Source: Candidatus Fermentithermobacillaceae bacterium (lineage in GTDB: Bacteria > Bacillota > Sulfobacillia > Fermentithermobacillales > Fermentithermobacillaceae). From it: a DNA stretch of 64,000 bases. A model generated the notes under the pieces. That model did no database searches. It was given only the letters and a program-made list of their open reading frames with translations, and was not told the origin of the DNA. Numbering within the stretch: position 1 is the first letter of the stretch; every line of letters begins with the position of its first letter. The DNA is taken from NCBI GenBank assembly GCA_018052475.1, contig JAGPNG010000003.1:32723-96722 (forward strand), written 5' to 3'. This document shows positions 9,421-19,320 of the stretch, piece by piece. The translations under genes and the position numbers were made by a program.

Positions 9421-11087
9421 TATTCCACCGACACAATATAGTAGTACAAAGGCTGCCCACCGAAATGAACCTCTACATCACATGTATCACCAAAACCGTC
9501 TGTTAACATCTCATAGACTGTCTTGGACGTAGCTACCTCAATATCTTGCCCGTAATAGACAGTTATTACTGAATCATTTTCTCTGACCATCTTGGCCATG
9601 ATTGCCATAAGCACTTCCTGAGGATCGTGCCCCACTATCTCGACCTTGCCTTCAATCAATCCAATGATATCGCCTTGTTTGAATACGTGCCTGCCAAATT
9701 TGCCATTTCGGGCTGCAAATGTAACTTCGCCAGTCTTTACGCTTCGGATTGCTTTCCCTGCTTTCCGCAAGTTGTACTCCATATCTTCGTCTAGATTGAG
9801 CGATAAAAGGGCGGATATGCCCTGAGGCACAGTTCTAGAGGGGACGATGTACATCCTCCGACCGGTAATCCTCTTGGCCTGTTTCGCGGCCAGGAATATG
9901 TTTGAACTGTTGGGCAAAAATATGACTTTGTTCGTACCCAACGAGTTTACCGCGGCGGAGACATCGCTTGTCGATGGATTCATCGTAATGCCACCGTCCA
10001 TGACCAAGTCACAACCAAGGTTCTTCATTATGGCTTTGAGTCCTTCTCCGGTGGCCACAGAAATCACACCTATGTTCTTCGTAGCGCTCGCAGGCAGGCT
10101 AATCTCTCTATCATGCGTAGTTACAGTCTTTGCAGCATCTCTGAGTTTAAGAGCTGCCTTAGATTGTTCAATCATATTATCTATGGTGACCTCGGATATC
10201 TGCCCGTATTCCCTGCATATACCTATTACTTCTTCAGGCACCGCAGTATGGATGTGAACTCTTACGACATCGCCTGAGCCCACCACAAGCATCGAATCTC
10301 CTATGGGATCAAGCACTTGCCTTATGTCTTCAACTGATAGGTCGTTTCCAAGAATAAGGAGCTGAGTATCGTAGGGGTTCTCAATACTGACTATGTCCTG
10401 TTCATGAACAACTGGGACAGCTGCGCTTCGGATAGTCTCTCTTTCACCATATTGTTTCACAGACCGGTCTTGCTCATACCACTTAAGCGCGCCTTCAACG
10501 GCATACACAAGCCCCTGGCCCCCTGCATCCACAACCCCAGCTTCTTTAAGTACAGGAAGCATTTCCGGAGTCTTTTGCAAAACCTCATTTCCCTTACAAA
10601 CACATTCTCTTAGAAGTTGCTCAATCGTGACATCAGCAGCCACCGCCTGGCTAATAGCCGCATCTCTCATTCCCCGTAATACCGTGAGGATCGTTCCTTC
10701 AACAGGTTTCATGACTGCTTTGTATGCAGTTACGACAGCATCCTCGATAGCGAGAGCGATATCTTCCGGGCGAGCACATTCCTTGTCTGCAAATCCTTTG
10801 GCAATACCTCTCAAGATCTGCGATAAAATAACACCCGAATTGCCTCGAGCGCCCATGAGCGCTCCCATGCTTGCGATTTCAGCAGCCTCTGACAATGAAA
10901 TGGCAGATTTCCCATTGAGACTTTCAACAGCCGAACACAGAGTAAGGTACATATTCGTTCCTGTATCTCCGTCTGGGACTGGAAACACGTTTAGAGCATC
11001 CACTTCATCTTTTCGTTGACATAAATAGTCCTTCGCGTGAGCAAGTATGCCAATAAATGAATCGCCACTCATACATAGTTCGGTCAT
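9420..11087 (-). CDS. DAK2 domain fusion protein YloV
   Basis: LNVFPVPDGDTGTNM DhaL/DAK2 motif. 555 aa. TAATG overlap with recG. Confidence 0.9.
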   Translation of the reverse strand: MTELCMSGDSFIGILAHAKDYLCQRKDEVDALNVFPVPDGDTGTNMYLTLCSAVESLNGKSAISLSEAAEIASMGALMGARGNSGVILSQILRGIAKGFADKECARPEDIALAIEDAVVTAYKAVMKPVEGTILTVLRGMRDAAISQAVAADVTIEQLLRECVCKGNEVLQKTPEMLPVLKEAGVVDAGGQGLVYAVEGALKWYEQDRSVKQYGERETIRSAAVPVVHEQDIVSIENPYDTQLLILGNDLSVEDIRQVLDPIGDSMLVVGSGDVVRVHIHTAVPEEVIGICREYGQISEVTIDNMIEQSKAALKLRDAAKTVTTHDREISLPASATKNIGVISVATGEGLKAIMKNLGCDLVMDGGITMNPSTSDVSAAVNSLGTNKVIFLPNSSNIFLAAKQAKRITGRRMYIVPSRTVPQGISALLSLNLDEDMEYNLRKAGKAIRSVKTGEVTFAARNGKFGRHVFKQGDIIGLIEGKVEIVGHDPQEVLMAIMAKMVRENDSVITVYYGQDIEVATSKTVYEMLTDGFGDTCDVEVHFGGQPLYYYIVSVE

Positions 11088-11090
11088 CGT

Positions 11091-11459
11091 CTAATTCTCC
11101 GTATCTTGAAACCTTAGGCTTTCTACGTTAACTGTTACTCGTTTTACCTTTAGACCTGTGTAGTTATAAACAGTATAGCGAACCTTTTCCGCGACCATCC
11201 GAGCGACTTCCGGAATTTTTACGCCGTAGCCAAGAATTACCGAAACATTGATATATACATCGTCACCGTCAATAGACACGGTCACACCTTTTGACAGGTT
11301 TTCCCTGCCTAGAAGTTCAGACAGTCCGTCTGTCATCTTACGACCTGCCATACCCACTACTCCGTAGCACTCGGTAGCAGCTGCCCCCGCAATTGTGGCT
11401 ATGGCTTCTTCTGATAGGGCCATCTTCCCAATATCCGTTCTTATTTCTTTTCCTACCAC
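11091..11459 (-). CDS. Asp23/Gls24 family envelope stress protein (YloU-like)
   Basis: Asp23-like sequence (EEAIATIAGAAATECYGVVGMAG), directly upstream of yloV. Confidence 0.88.
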   Translation of the reverse strand: MVGKEIRTDIGKMALSEEAIATIAGAAATECYGVVGMAGRKMTDGLSELLGRENLSKGVTVSIDGDDVYINVSVILGYGVKIPEVARMVAEKVRYTVYNYTGLKVKRVTVNVESLRFQDTEN

Positions 11460-11660
11460 AAGTTACACTCCACTTCTATCTTTGACGGTACAAAGTGTAT
11501 ACTACAATAGTACGTACACAATAGAATTTGTAAAGATTGAAAGTCTCCCAACGGAGCGTTCGTCCTTCGGAGAAAGCATTCAACAGCGAATAGCGCTTCT
11601 CCTGCCTTGAGTTGTGTGCTAAAATAAGCAGGCCATTAGGTCTGAGGAGGTTAGAGTCAT

Positions 11661-11852
11661 ATGCCCAAATGTGAGATCTGCGGTAAAACGAGAGCGGTTG
11701 GCCACCGAGTCAGCCATTCCAACATAAAGAACAAAAGGGATTGGTCTCCGAATGTCCAGCGAGTCCGCGTAGCAATCGGCAATACTCAGAAAAAGATGTG
11801 GGTGTGCACTAGGTGTCTCCGCAGTGGAAAAGTGCAACGCGCTACCAAGTAA
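11661..11852 (+). CDS. rpmB: 50S ribosomal protein L28
   Basis: MPKCEICGK...GHRVSHSNIKNKR L28 signature. GAGGAGG SD upstream. Confidence 0.95.
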   Translation: MPKCEICGKTRAVGHRVSHSNIKNKRDWSPNVQRVRVAIGNTQKKMWVCTRCLRSGKVQRATK

Positions 11853-11876
11853 AGTTATGTTATGTTTCCTTAACCG

Positions 11877-11924
11877 AATAACACCTCTCGCGTCTCAAAA
11901 GGCGAGGGGTGTTATTGGTTTCTC
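11877..11924 (+). terminator. intrinsic terminator between convergent rpmB and rpe
   Basis: 15-bp stem AATAACACCTCTCGC/GCGAGGGGTGTTATT (one G-U pair), followed by GGTTTCT. Confidence 0.7.
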
Positions 11925-11948
11925 CCCCCAAGTAAAAACACCTTGCTT

Positions 11949-12641
11949 TCATCGTTCACTTGGGCTGGGTGTTTTTAGATTCCTTATAGCACCGGACACG
12001 TCGTCGCTGGAAAAAACATAACTTCCAGAGACCAGGATATCAGCCCCTTTTTCCACAACTAACTTCGAATTATCCGCGGTTATCCCACCATCAACTTGGA
12101 TTTCCACGGGCAGACCTGCTTCGTCAACCAAGCGTCGGATCTCCTCTATCTTCGGAAGCATGGCCGGGATAAAAGATTGTCCGCCCAGTCCGGGATTTAC
12201 GGTCATAACGAGGACCAGATCAACTTGATCGATCACATAGGGTAAAAAATCAGGAGGGGTTGAAGGGTTTAGCGCTACACCGCTTCTACAACCTCTATCG
12301 CGTATCTCCCGCAGCAACCTGTGCAGATGAGCGGTAGCTTCTACATGAATTGTCACGTAGTCCGCATACTCGCAGAACCAACACAGCGCGGAATCCGGAT
12401 TAGATACCATAAGGTGTACATCGAGGGGTAATCCCATAGTGTGCAGATCCTTAGCCATGTCCGGCCCGAAAGTCAGATTGGGTACGAAATGTCCATCCAT
12501 TATGTCAAGATGCAAAAGATCGGCTCCCCCATCTCTCACTCGAGCCACATCCCGTCCTATGTCCAACATATTCGCTGACAAGAGTGAAGGAGCTACCTTA
12601 ATGTTCCTTCCTTTGTTCTGGATACTTGAATAGGCTCTCAT
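11949..12641 (-). CDS. rpe: ribulose-phosphate 3-epimerase
   Basis: APSLLSAN, HLDIMDGHFVPN and VMTVNPGLGGQ motifs. Confidence 0.93.
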   Translation of the reverse strand: MRAYSSIQNKGRNIKVAPSLLSANMLDIGRDVARVRDGGADLLHLDIMDGHFVPNLTFGPDMAKDLHTMGLPLDVHLMVSNPDSALCWFCEYADYVTIHVEATAHLHRLLREIRDRGCRSGVALNPSTPPDFLPYVIDQVDLVLVMTVNPGLGGQSFIPAMLPKIEEIRRLVDEAGLPVEIQVDGGITADNSKLVVEKGADILVSGSYVFSSDDVSGAIRNLKTPSPSER

Positions 12642-13501
12642 GAATATCTCCTTCTCTCGGTTGCTTCTTCCAATAGTTTCAGATAACTCTCATAACGTCT
12701 GGCAGGAATCTCACCTTGTGAAAGTGCATGTTTTACCCCACATCGGTCTTCGGTCTTGTGAAGGCATCTGGGAAAATGACAAAGCCCTGCATATTTTCTA
12801 ATCTCAGGAAACAAAAGACCCAGTTCATGCGGTTCGACTGGTATCAGATCAATCCGCGAGAACCCTGGCGTATCTGCAACGTAACCGTGCCCGCCTATAG
12901 GAAAGAGTTTCACCCATTTTGTAGTATGCCTACCGCGCCCGGCTTGGGATAGGTTACCTATCAACAAATCTGCTCCTACTAGGGAGGCGATAAGTTTCGA
13001 CTTACCGACGCCACTTTGCCCGGCAAAAACCGATACTTTGCCCCGGAGAAGCCTTCCTAGTTCGTCCAAACCGTAGCCTGTAAGCGCTGAAGTGACAACA
13101 CATTCATATCCTGCCTGCGAATATACATCTATGATCTCTTGTATCTTCTCAGGTTGTTCTATGTCTTGCTTGTTGACACAGATCACCCCGCGAACGCCCT
13201 CATACTCCATTTGAACCAACACTCTATCAATGTAGAGATAACTCATAGGAGGTTTGGTAACAGCCGTTACCAGAATTCCTTGGTTCACATTGGCGACAGG
13301 CGGCCTCACCAACAGATTAGAACGTTCATGTACTTCTTCTATCACGTACACATCGTCACTGTAAGATACCGTCACAATATCCCCGGCATAGATTTGCGCA
13401 TCTGAGATCTTCAACCGGCCTCTCAATACGCATGACACCAACATGTCCCCAAGATCTACTTCACATACAGCCGAATGCACGCTTAGCACTCTACCAATCA
13501 A
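12638..13501 (-). CDS. rsgA: ribosome small-subunit-dependent GTPase A
   Basis: GQSGVGKSKL P-loop, circularly permuted GTPase order, and a C-terminal Zn motif CHFPRCLHKTEDRCGV. Confidence 0.92.
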   Translation of the reverse strand: MIGRVLSVHSAVCEVDLGDMLVSCVLRGRLKISDAQIYAGDIVTVSYSDDVYVIEEVHERSNLLVRPPVANVNQGILVTAVTKPPMSYLYIDRVLVQMEYEGVRGVICVNKQDIEQPEKIQEIIDVYSQAGYECVVTSALTGYGLDELGRLLRGKVSVFAGQSGVGKSKLIASLVGADLLIGNLSQAGRGRHTTKWVKLFPIGGHGYVADTPGFSRIDLIPVEPHELGLLFPEIRKYAGLCHFPRCLHKTEDRCGVKHALSQGEIPARRYESYLKLLEEATERRRYS

Positions 13502-13521
13502 AGATTGCTTAGCACCTCTTT

Positions 13522-15366
13522 CTACGGTTTGATTACCTCCTCGTAGGAGAACTTACCGTCAAAATACACTTTGATAAGAGCTGCACTGCCCTTGTACTCG
13601 AATGTGACACTAATGGTCTGATCCGGGGTCTCATCTTTTTCATAGCAGACAGTCTCACCCCGCATGTCCAAGACCACAACTTTCACCCGTACCGGCCCAT
13701 CCTTTGCGGGAACTTTGATCTGTATTGTGTGGGACCGTACCGGCTCTTCTGGTCCTATGGAGATCGTAACATTAACCTTGCTATGAGCCAAAACCTCAGT
13801 TCCCTCGGTTGGATCCTGAGTGATGACAGTGCCGTATGTGAGATTCGTGTGAACCTTAGACACTTCGCCCAGTTCCAAGGAATTCTCTTTGAGAGTGCTT
13901 TCAGCCTTGTCCAATAGTAGTCCTATCAAACGCGGAACAACTGTCTTTTCTTCTTGAGGACCTTTGGACACTGAAAGGTCGACCCGCGTCCCTATAGACA
14001 CAGACGTATTTGCTCGCGGGTTTTGGGTGATCACATGGTCTTCGGGTACCGTATCGTGGAATACATGATCCACATTCCCAAGTTCTAGGTTGTTATTCTC
14101 AAGCTCCAGTTGTGCCTCTCTGAGGGTGAGATCACGCACATCGGGAACGTTTACCAATGACTCCCCTTTGGATAAGACGTAGTATACTTCTCGGCCTTTT
14201 TTTACCTTTTCGCCACCCAAAGGACTCTGGGATATAACAGTGTTCGCCGGTACATCCGGATCATACTTCTCTGCCGAAAGCCGTGGCACAAGGCCACATT
14301 CGACCAGCAATTCCTGAGCTTCCACCTGATTCTTTCCGACTATGTCCGGGACTTCGACCACAGGTACCGACATCCAATTGTTGAAGGCATAGATCGCATA
14401 GCCCCCCAGGGCTAGACCGACTAGCACCACTACTCCAAGGAGTTTCAAAGCCCTATTTGACGACCTCTTTTTTTGCCGCGACATTTTTTGATCACCTTCT
14501 GGCATCAACTCGGCATGCGGGTCCGAAATGGCACGTGAGCTCACTCGCCGCATTGCTGCTAACATCTCTTGAGCCGACTGGAACCGGTCCTTCGGATCTT
14601 TTGCAAGTGCCTTTGTAATCAACATCTCCAGTTCTATGGGAACGTCTGGGCGCTTCTCACGAATAGAAGGAATTCTACCTTCCACGTGCTGAAGCGCGAC
14701 CGCTACTGCAGTGTCGCCCGTATATGGCACTTCGCCAGTGAGCATCTCATAGAGGACAATTCCCAGCGAATAGAGATCCGACGCAGCCGAGACAACCCCA
14801 TCCTTTACTTGTTCTGGTGAAAGATACGAGGCCGAACCAACTACTACGCTTTTTCCTGTGTTTGACGCCGCTCCAAGAGCTCGTGCGATGCCAAAATCGG
14901 CCACTTTCACTTGTCCGGTCTTCGTTATCAAAATGTTCTGTGGCTTTACGTCTCTATGGATGATACCGCTAGCATGAGCATGGGCCAAACCCGAGCATAT
15001 CTGAGCAGCTACGCTCAGCGCCTCATCTACCGACAGACTTCCGGTTTCATTGAGTATGTCTCGCAGGGTTCTACCTTCGACAAGTTCCATGACAATAAAA
15101 TGCAGCCCTCGATCTTGCCCCACGTCGTATATGCTCACAATATTATTGTGAGATAGCGACGCAGCGGCCTTCGCTTCTTGTCTGAATCTTTGTACAAAAC
15201 CTTCGTCCTCACTCATCTCAGGTCGCAATATCTTAAGAGCTACATATCTATCTAAGACTTTGTCCTTTGCTTTCCATACAACACCCATGCCACCGCTACC
15301 TATTCTCTCTACAATCTCGTAGCGACCGGCAATCATTCTGCCAAGCATATCGTCAGTTGAGCTCAT
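13522..15366 (-). CDS. pknB: Ser/Thr protein kinase with extracellular PASTA repeats (PknB/PrkC type)
   Basis: HRDVKPQN and DFGIA kinase motifs, a single TM, then about 3 PASTA-like repeats and a C-terminal beta-rich domain. Confidence 0.93.
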   Translation of the reverse strand: MSSTDDMLGRMIAGRYEIVERIGSGGMGVVWKAKDKVLDRYVALKILRPEMSEDEGFVQRFRQEAKAAASLSHNNIVSIYDVGQDRGLHFIVMELVEGRTLRDILNETGSLSVDEALSVAAQICSGLAHAHASGIIHRDVKPQNILITKTGQVKVADFGIARALGAASNTGKSVVVGSASYLSPEQVKDGVVSAASDLYSLGIVLYEMLTGEVPYTGDTAVAVALQHVEGRIPSIREKRPDVPIELEMLITKALAKDPKDRFQSAQEMLAAMRRVSSRAISDPHAELMPEGDQKMSRQKKRSSNRALKLLGVVVLVGLALGGYAIYAFNNWMSVPVVEVPDIVGKNQVEAQELLVECGLVPRLSAEKYDPDVPANTVISQSPLGGEKVKKGREVYYVLSKGESLVNVPDVRDLTLREAQLELENNNLELGNVDHVFHDTVPEDHVITQNPRANTSVSIGTRVDLSVSKGPQEEKTVVPRLIGLLLDKAESTLKENSLELGEVSKVHTNLTYGTVITQDPTEGTEVLAHSKVNVTISIGPEEPVRSHTIQIKVPAKDGPVRVKVVVLDMRGETVCYEKDETPDQTISVTFEYKGSAALIKVYFDGKFSYEEVIKP

Positions 15367-16139
15367 TCTGCCTCACCTCTGGTGGTATGTGATGAATCTG
15401 GGATCTCCGGCCAAAGCAGAACTACTGTGACATTATCATAGCCACCACGGCTGTTTGCAAGGTTGACAAGCTCGCCTGCGACATCTTCACATTCGCAGTC
15501 TAGAATCGTCCGGCGAATCTCTTCGGCAGAAACAAGACTCGTAAGTCCGTCGGTGCACAAAACTATTACATCGTCAGGTAAGAGCCTTTCTTCATAAAGA
15601 GAGAACTGGAGTGATGCTTGGGTTCCCAAAGCTGCGGTAAGTACATTCCTGTTGGGATGGTTCATCGCATCTTCTTCTGTTATTGCACCTCTCTTCAAAA
15701 GTTCGCCGGATACCGAATGATCATCTGTAACGCGCCTAATTTGCTCAAATGACACAATGTACACCCGACTGTCCCCGACATGCCCTATAAAGGCTCTTGA
15801 TTCATCTTGGCATACCAAAACACATGTAAGAGTTGTACCCATACCCGTTATACTGCTGTCAGCAGATCCGGCTTGGAAAACGCTCGCATTGGCATGATTC
15901 ATGGCTTCCGTAAGCAACGTGACTGGTCCGTCATTCCAGGAAGACCGAGTGAAGAATTCCACCACCGACTGAACCGCCAGACTAGAGGCTATCTGTCCAC
16001 CTTCTCTTCCTCCAATACCATCCGCTACAACGGCCAGCCACGCTTCCTCCCCATCGGGCCGAGCGAGACGATTCACTGACCATGAGTCTTGATTTTCAGA
16101 CCTTACGAGTCCCTGGGACGATCTAGCCTTCCACCTCAA
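15363..16139 (-). CDS. stp: PP2C-family Ser/Thr phosphatase (Stp/PrpC)
   Basis: GLVRSENQD, ADGIGG, TDGLT and GGYDNVTVV motifs. 4-nt overlap with pknB. Confidence 0.92.
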   Translation of the reverse strand: MRWKARSSQGLVRSENQDSWSVNRLARPDGEEAWLAVVADGIGGREGGQIASSLAVQSVVEFFTRSSWNDGPVTLLTEAMNHANASVFQAGSADSSITGMGTTLTCVLVCQDESRAFIGHVGDSRVYIVSFEQIRRVTDDHSVSGELLKRGAITEEDAMNHPNRNVLTAALGTQASLQFSLYEERLLPDDVIVLCTDGLTSLVSAEEIRRTILDCECEDVAGELVNLANSRGGYDNVTVVLLWPEIPDSSHTTRGEAE

Positions 16140-16160
16140 GATCTTGTTCCCTCCCGATAT

Positions 16161-17189
16161 CTACCTTTTCGCCCGCTGGAGCTGTCCACAGGCACCCTTG
16201 ACTCCAATGCCTAGCCTACGGCGCACTGTAACTTTCACATGGTTTTTCTCTAGAATCCCTTTGAAATTATGTACCTGGCTTTTTTCGCTAGCTTCGTAGT
16301 CTACACCCGGCACAGGATTCCATGGGATAAGGTTCACTAAACAATCCAGATCGCTTACAAGGCGCGCAAGAGTTCTTGCATCTTCACTAGAATCGTTCAC
16401 TCCCTTGAGCAACATATACTCAAAGGTTACTCTCTGCCCTGTGACTTTTGCGAAGTACCGTACAGAACTCATCACCTCGTTGAGCGGATATACTTCATTT
16501 ACGGGGATGAGCATATTCCTCGTATCATTGGACGGTGCGTGAAGCGAGACTGCCAGCCGCACACCGGCTGAATCGTGGGCAAATCTTCGTATTTCAGCCG
16601 GAATTCCCACAGTAGATATTGTAATCTTTCTTCGTGACATGTCGTAAGTGCTTGCTTCGGACAACATTTCTATAGCGCTCATGACGTTATCATAGTTAAA
16701 AAAAGGTTCTCCCGTTCCCATGAAAACCAATCTGCCTATACGCTCTCGGGTGTGACGACACATTCCGATGAGTTGATCTATGATCTCGCCTTTAGTCAAA
16801 TTTCTCTCGAAACCCAGCTTTCCCGAGGCACAAAAACTGCAACCAACCGGACAACCTACCTGAGTTGACAAACACCCTGTAGTCCCATATTTGTAATTTA
16901 GCAGTACTGATTCGGCCACGGGCATACCGTTTAATCCCCACAGGTAACGTCTGGATTGTTGCGAACGATCTGAGTAACATCCCAGCATAGACAATGTGCT
17001 CAAACTTAGATTATGGGCCATATAGTCCCTTAGATCCTTAGGAAGATCGCTCATTTCTTCATAAGAAGATGCGAATTTCTTAAAGATCCATTCGATTAGT
17101 TGTTGCGCCCTATATCGCTGAAAACCCTGCTGTGTTATTGTCTTTTCTATCTGATCCAAAGAAAGATCCAAAACATGAGGCTTTTCCAC
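16161..17189 (-). CDS. rlmN: 23S rRNA/tRNA adenine-C2 methyltransferase RlmN (radical SAM)
   Basis: CPVGCSFC radical-SAM cluster motif and a C-terminal GACGQL. Confidence 0.93.
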   Translation of the reverse strand: MEKPHVLDLSLDQIEKTITQQGFQRYRAQQLIEWIFKKFASSYEEMSDLPKDLRDYMAHNLSLSTLSMLGCYSDRSQQSRRYLWGLNGMPVAESVLLNYKYGTTGCLSTQVGCPVGCSFCASGKLGFERNLTKGEIIDQLIGMCRHTRERIGRLVFMGTGEPFFNYDNVMSAIEMLSEASTYDMSRRKITISTVGIPAEIRRFAHDSAGVRLAVSLHAPSNDTRNMLIPVNEVYPLNEVMSSVRYFAKVTGQRVTFEYMLLKGVNDSSEDARTLARLVSDLDCLVNLIPWNPVPGVDYEASEKSQVHNFKGILEKNHVKVTVRRRLGIGVKGACGQLQRAKR

Positions 17190-17221
17190 TCACATATCAC
17201 ATCCTCATTTCTCGTAACGCC

Positions 17222-18595
17222 CTATAGATGGTACAAACCACTGACCCCCGGAGAATTCTTACTTCCTTTTGCAACAAAAAAACCATCGGTTTTATGGATA
17301 TGCGGTAACATATAGATACAACCGGGCTTTTGCGCAGATTGGGGTAACCGCAAACCCGCCATAGACCAATCGGCCGGCGACAGATATTCCATTGAAAACC
17401 CGCTTCTTTCGATGAATTCATACCACACGCCTTCATTTTCCTCCGAGGTCAGAGTACAGGTACTGTATACGATAAAACCCCCAGGCTTAAGAAAACGCGA
17501 TATCGTTTCTAAAATACGTTTCTGCAGATCGGCAAGCCTTTTAATTTCTGACTCCTGCCTCTGCCATTTTATATCCGGGTTCCCACCAATTGTACCCAGA
17601 CCCGAACACGGTGCGTCCACCAGAATCTTATCATACACAGTGGGCAGTCCTTTTCGACTGAACGTGGCCAAGATTTCATCTTCATTAGTGGCATCTAAGA
17701 CACATGGAACAACATTCGTAATGCCCAGACGGCTGCACGACTCGGCTATCATGCATGTCCGCTCTGAAGATATATCCGAGGCCACCACCAGGCCGTCTGG
17801 GAACACCATTTCTGCAAGCTGAGTCGATTTTCCTCCCGGAGCCGCACATACATCCCAAACCACCTCACCTGGCTTGGGTTTCAGAGCCAAAGCTGGCAAC
17901 ATTGCAGCTTCATCCTGCACTACAAATAAACCTTCGCGATACCCCGGAAACTGCTCAACAGATCGCCCTTTCGAAACCTTTATTGAAAATGGGAGATTTC
18001 CGGGTTCAGCGCAGTAGCCCTCTCCGCGTAGGAGTTCAAGCAAGGTGTCTCTGTCGCATTTCATCTCGTTGACACGTAGAGTAAGTACCGGAGGTGTATT
18101 CTGAGCCTTAAGCAATGAAAGACTATCTTCAAACCCGAACGAGCCGACGTAGCGCCTGACTATCCAGTCGGGGTAAGAATATCTAAGCCCTGCATATTCC
18201 AACGGACGCGCATCTATCGAAGGCAATTCGATATGTCCCATGTTTCTCGATATACTTCTGAGTACCGCGTTTACGAAACCCTTTTCTCCGCCGGTTCTCA
18301 TACATCGAACAATTGAGTCTACAGCGGCATATGAAGGCATCCCCATAAACACTAGTTGATAGACGCCAATCCTGAGTGCGTTCATAATCCTAGTAGATAT
18401 TTTTGAACTTGGCCTGTCACAAAAAGCTGCAATATAATGATCCAACAATCTCTTCCATCGCCATACCCCGTTAACTAATTCCTTGACTAACGCCCGGTCT
18501 CGCTTATCCGGCAACTCGTCATCATTTACAAAGTCATAAGCAGAGGACGGGCGCTCAAGGATTTGGAGCGCAATGCTCCTGGGGCTTCTCGACAA
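17222..18595 (-). CDS. rsmB: 16S rRNA (cytosine967-C5)-methyltransferase RsmB
   Basis: N-terminal NusB-like domain. CAAPGGKS, DAPCSG and YSTCT motifs. Confidence 0.92.
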   Translation of the reverse strand: MSRSPRSIALQILERPSSAYDFVNDDELPDKRDRALVKELVNGVWRWKRLLDHYIAAFCDRPSSKISTRIMNALRIGVYQLVFMGMPSYAAVDSIVRCMRTGGEKGFVNAVLRSISRNMGHIELPSIDARPLEYAGLRYSYPDWIVRRYVGSFGFEDSLSLLKAQNTPPVLTLRVNEMKCDRDTLLELLRGEGYCAEPGNLPFSIKVSKGRSVEQFPGYREGLFVVQDEAAMLPALALKPKPGEVVWDVCAAPGGKSTQLAEMVFPDGLVVASDISSERTCMIAESCSRLGITNVVPCVLDATNEDEILATFSRKGLPTVYDKILVDAPCSGLGTIGGNPDIKWQRQESEIKRLADLQKRILETISRFLKPGGFIVYSTCTLTSEENEGVWYEFIERSGFSMEYLSPADWSMAGLRLPQSAQKPGCIYMLPHIHKTDGFFVAKGSKNSPGVSGLYHL

Positions 18596-18597
18596 TC

Positions 18598-19272
18598 TCA
18601 GTCACGCCTTCCGCGCAACATAAAAAGACGAAGGAACTGGGCCAATGCCATTGCAGTAGCTGCCACGTAAGTCAGAGCCGCGGCATTTAGCATATTCCCA
18701 ACCGCGACCGATTCCTGCCCCGCTATAAAGCCAAGACCTTCCAGCATGTTAATCGCACGTTTTGACGCATCGTACTCGACAGGCAAGGTCACTATCTGAA
18801 AGATTACGGCTCCTAGGAAAAACAAAAGCCCGAGATCCATAAGAAACCCAGACTGCGTTATGAGACCTATTAGAAACAGCGGGAATGCAGCATTAGACAC
18901 CAGTTGGACCACGGGTACAAGACCGTTTCTTATAGCAAGGGGAGCATACCCAACCGCGTGTTGTACTGCATGCCCCACCTCGTGGGCTGCAATTCCTAGT
19001 GCCGCTACCGAGCTACTGTCGTAAACGCCTGACGATAGCCTTAGAGTCTTATCTCTAGGATCATAATGGTCAGTAAGTTCTCCTGGTACCCTCTCTATTC
19101 TGACATCGCCAAGGCCCGATTCCTGAAGCAGTTTCGCTGCAACCATGTAGGCAGGTAGACCTGCGCCTGAGTTCATCTCAGAGTACTGTCGGTAAGCTGA
19201 GCTGACTCTGGCTTGAGCCCATAGAGCAAATATTAGAGCCGGCATAACAAAAATCAAATATCCTATATCCAC
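18598..19272 (-). CDS. membrane zinc metallopeptidase (YugP/Zn_peptidase_2 type)
   Basis: HEVGHAVQH zincin motif with flanking TM segments. Conserved between fmt and rsmB in Clostridia. Confidence 0.8.
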   Translation of the reverse strand: MDIGYLIFVMPALIFALWAQARVSSAYRQYSEMNSGAGLPAYMVAAKLLQESGLGDVRIERVPGELTDHYDPRDKTLRLSSGVYDSSSVAALGIAAHEVGHAVQHAVGYAPLAIRNGLVPVVQLVSNAAFPLFLIGLITQSGFLMDLGLLFFLGAVIFQIVTLPVEYDASKRAINMLEGLGFIAGQESVAVGNMLNAAALTYVAATAMALAQFLRLFMLRGRRD

Positions 19273-19320
19273 GTCGGTCCCTCCTTTATATACTATACGA
19301 CAAAACCCGCGTAACAGATT

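Noticed and set aside
17197-17436. 79-aa minus-strand ORF overlapping the rsmB 3-prime end. Other 60-90-aa ORFs nested in larger genes were treated the same way.
   Set aside because: They are out of frame inside a well-supported gene and have no motif support.
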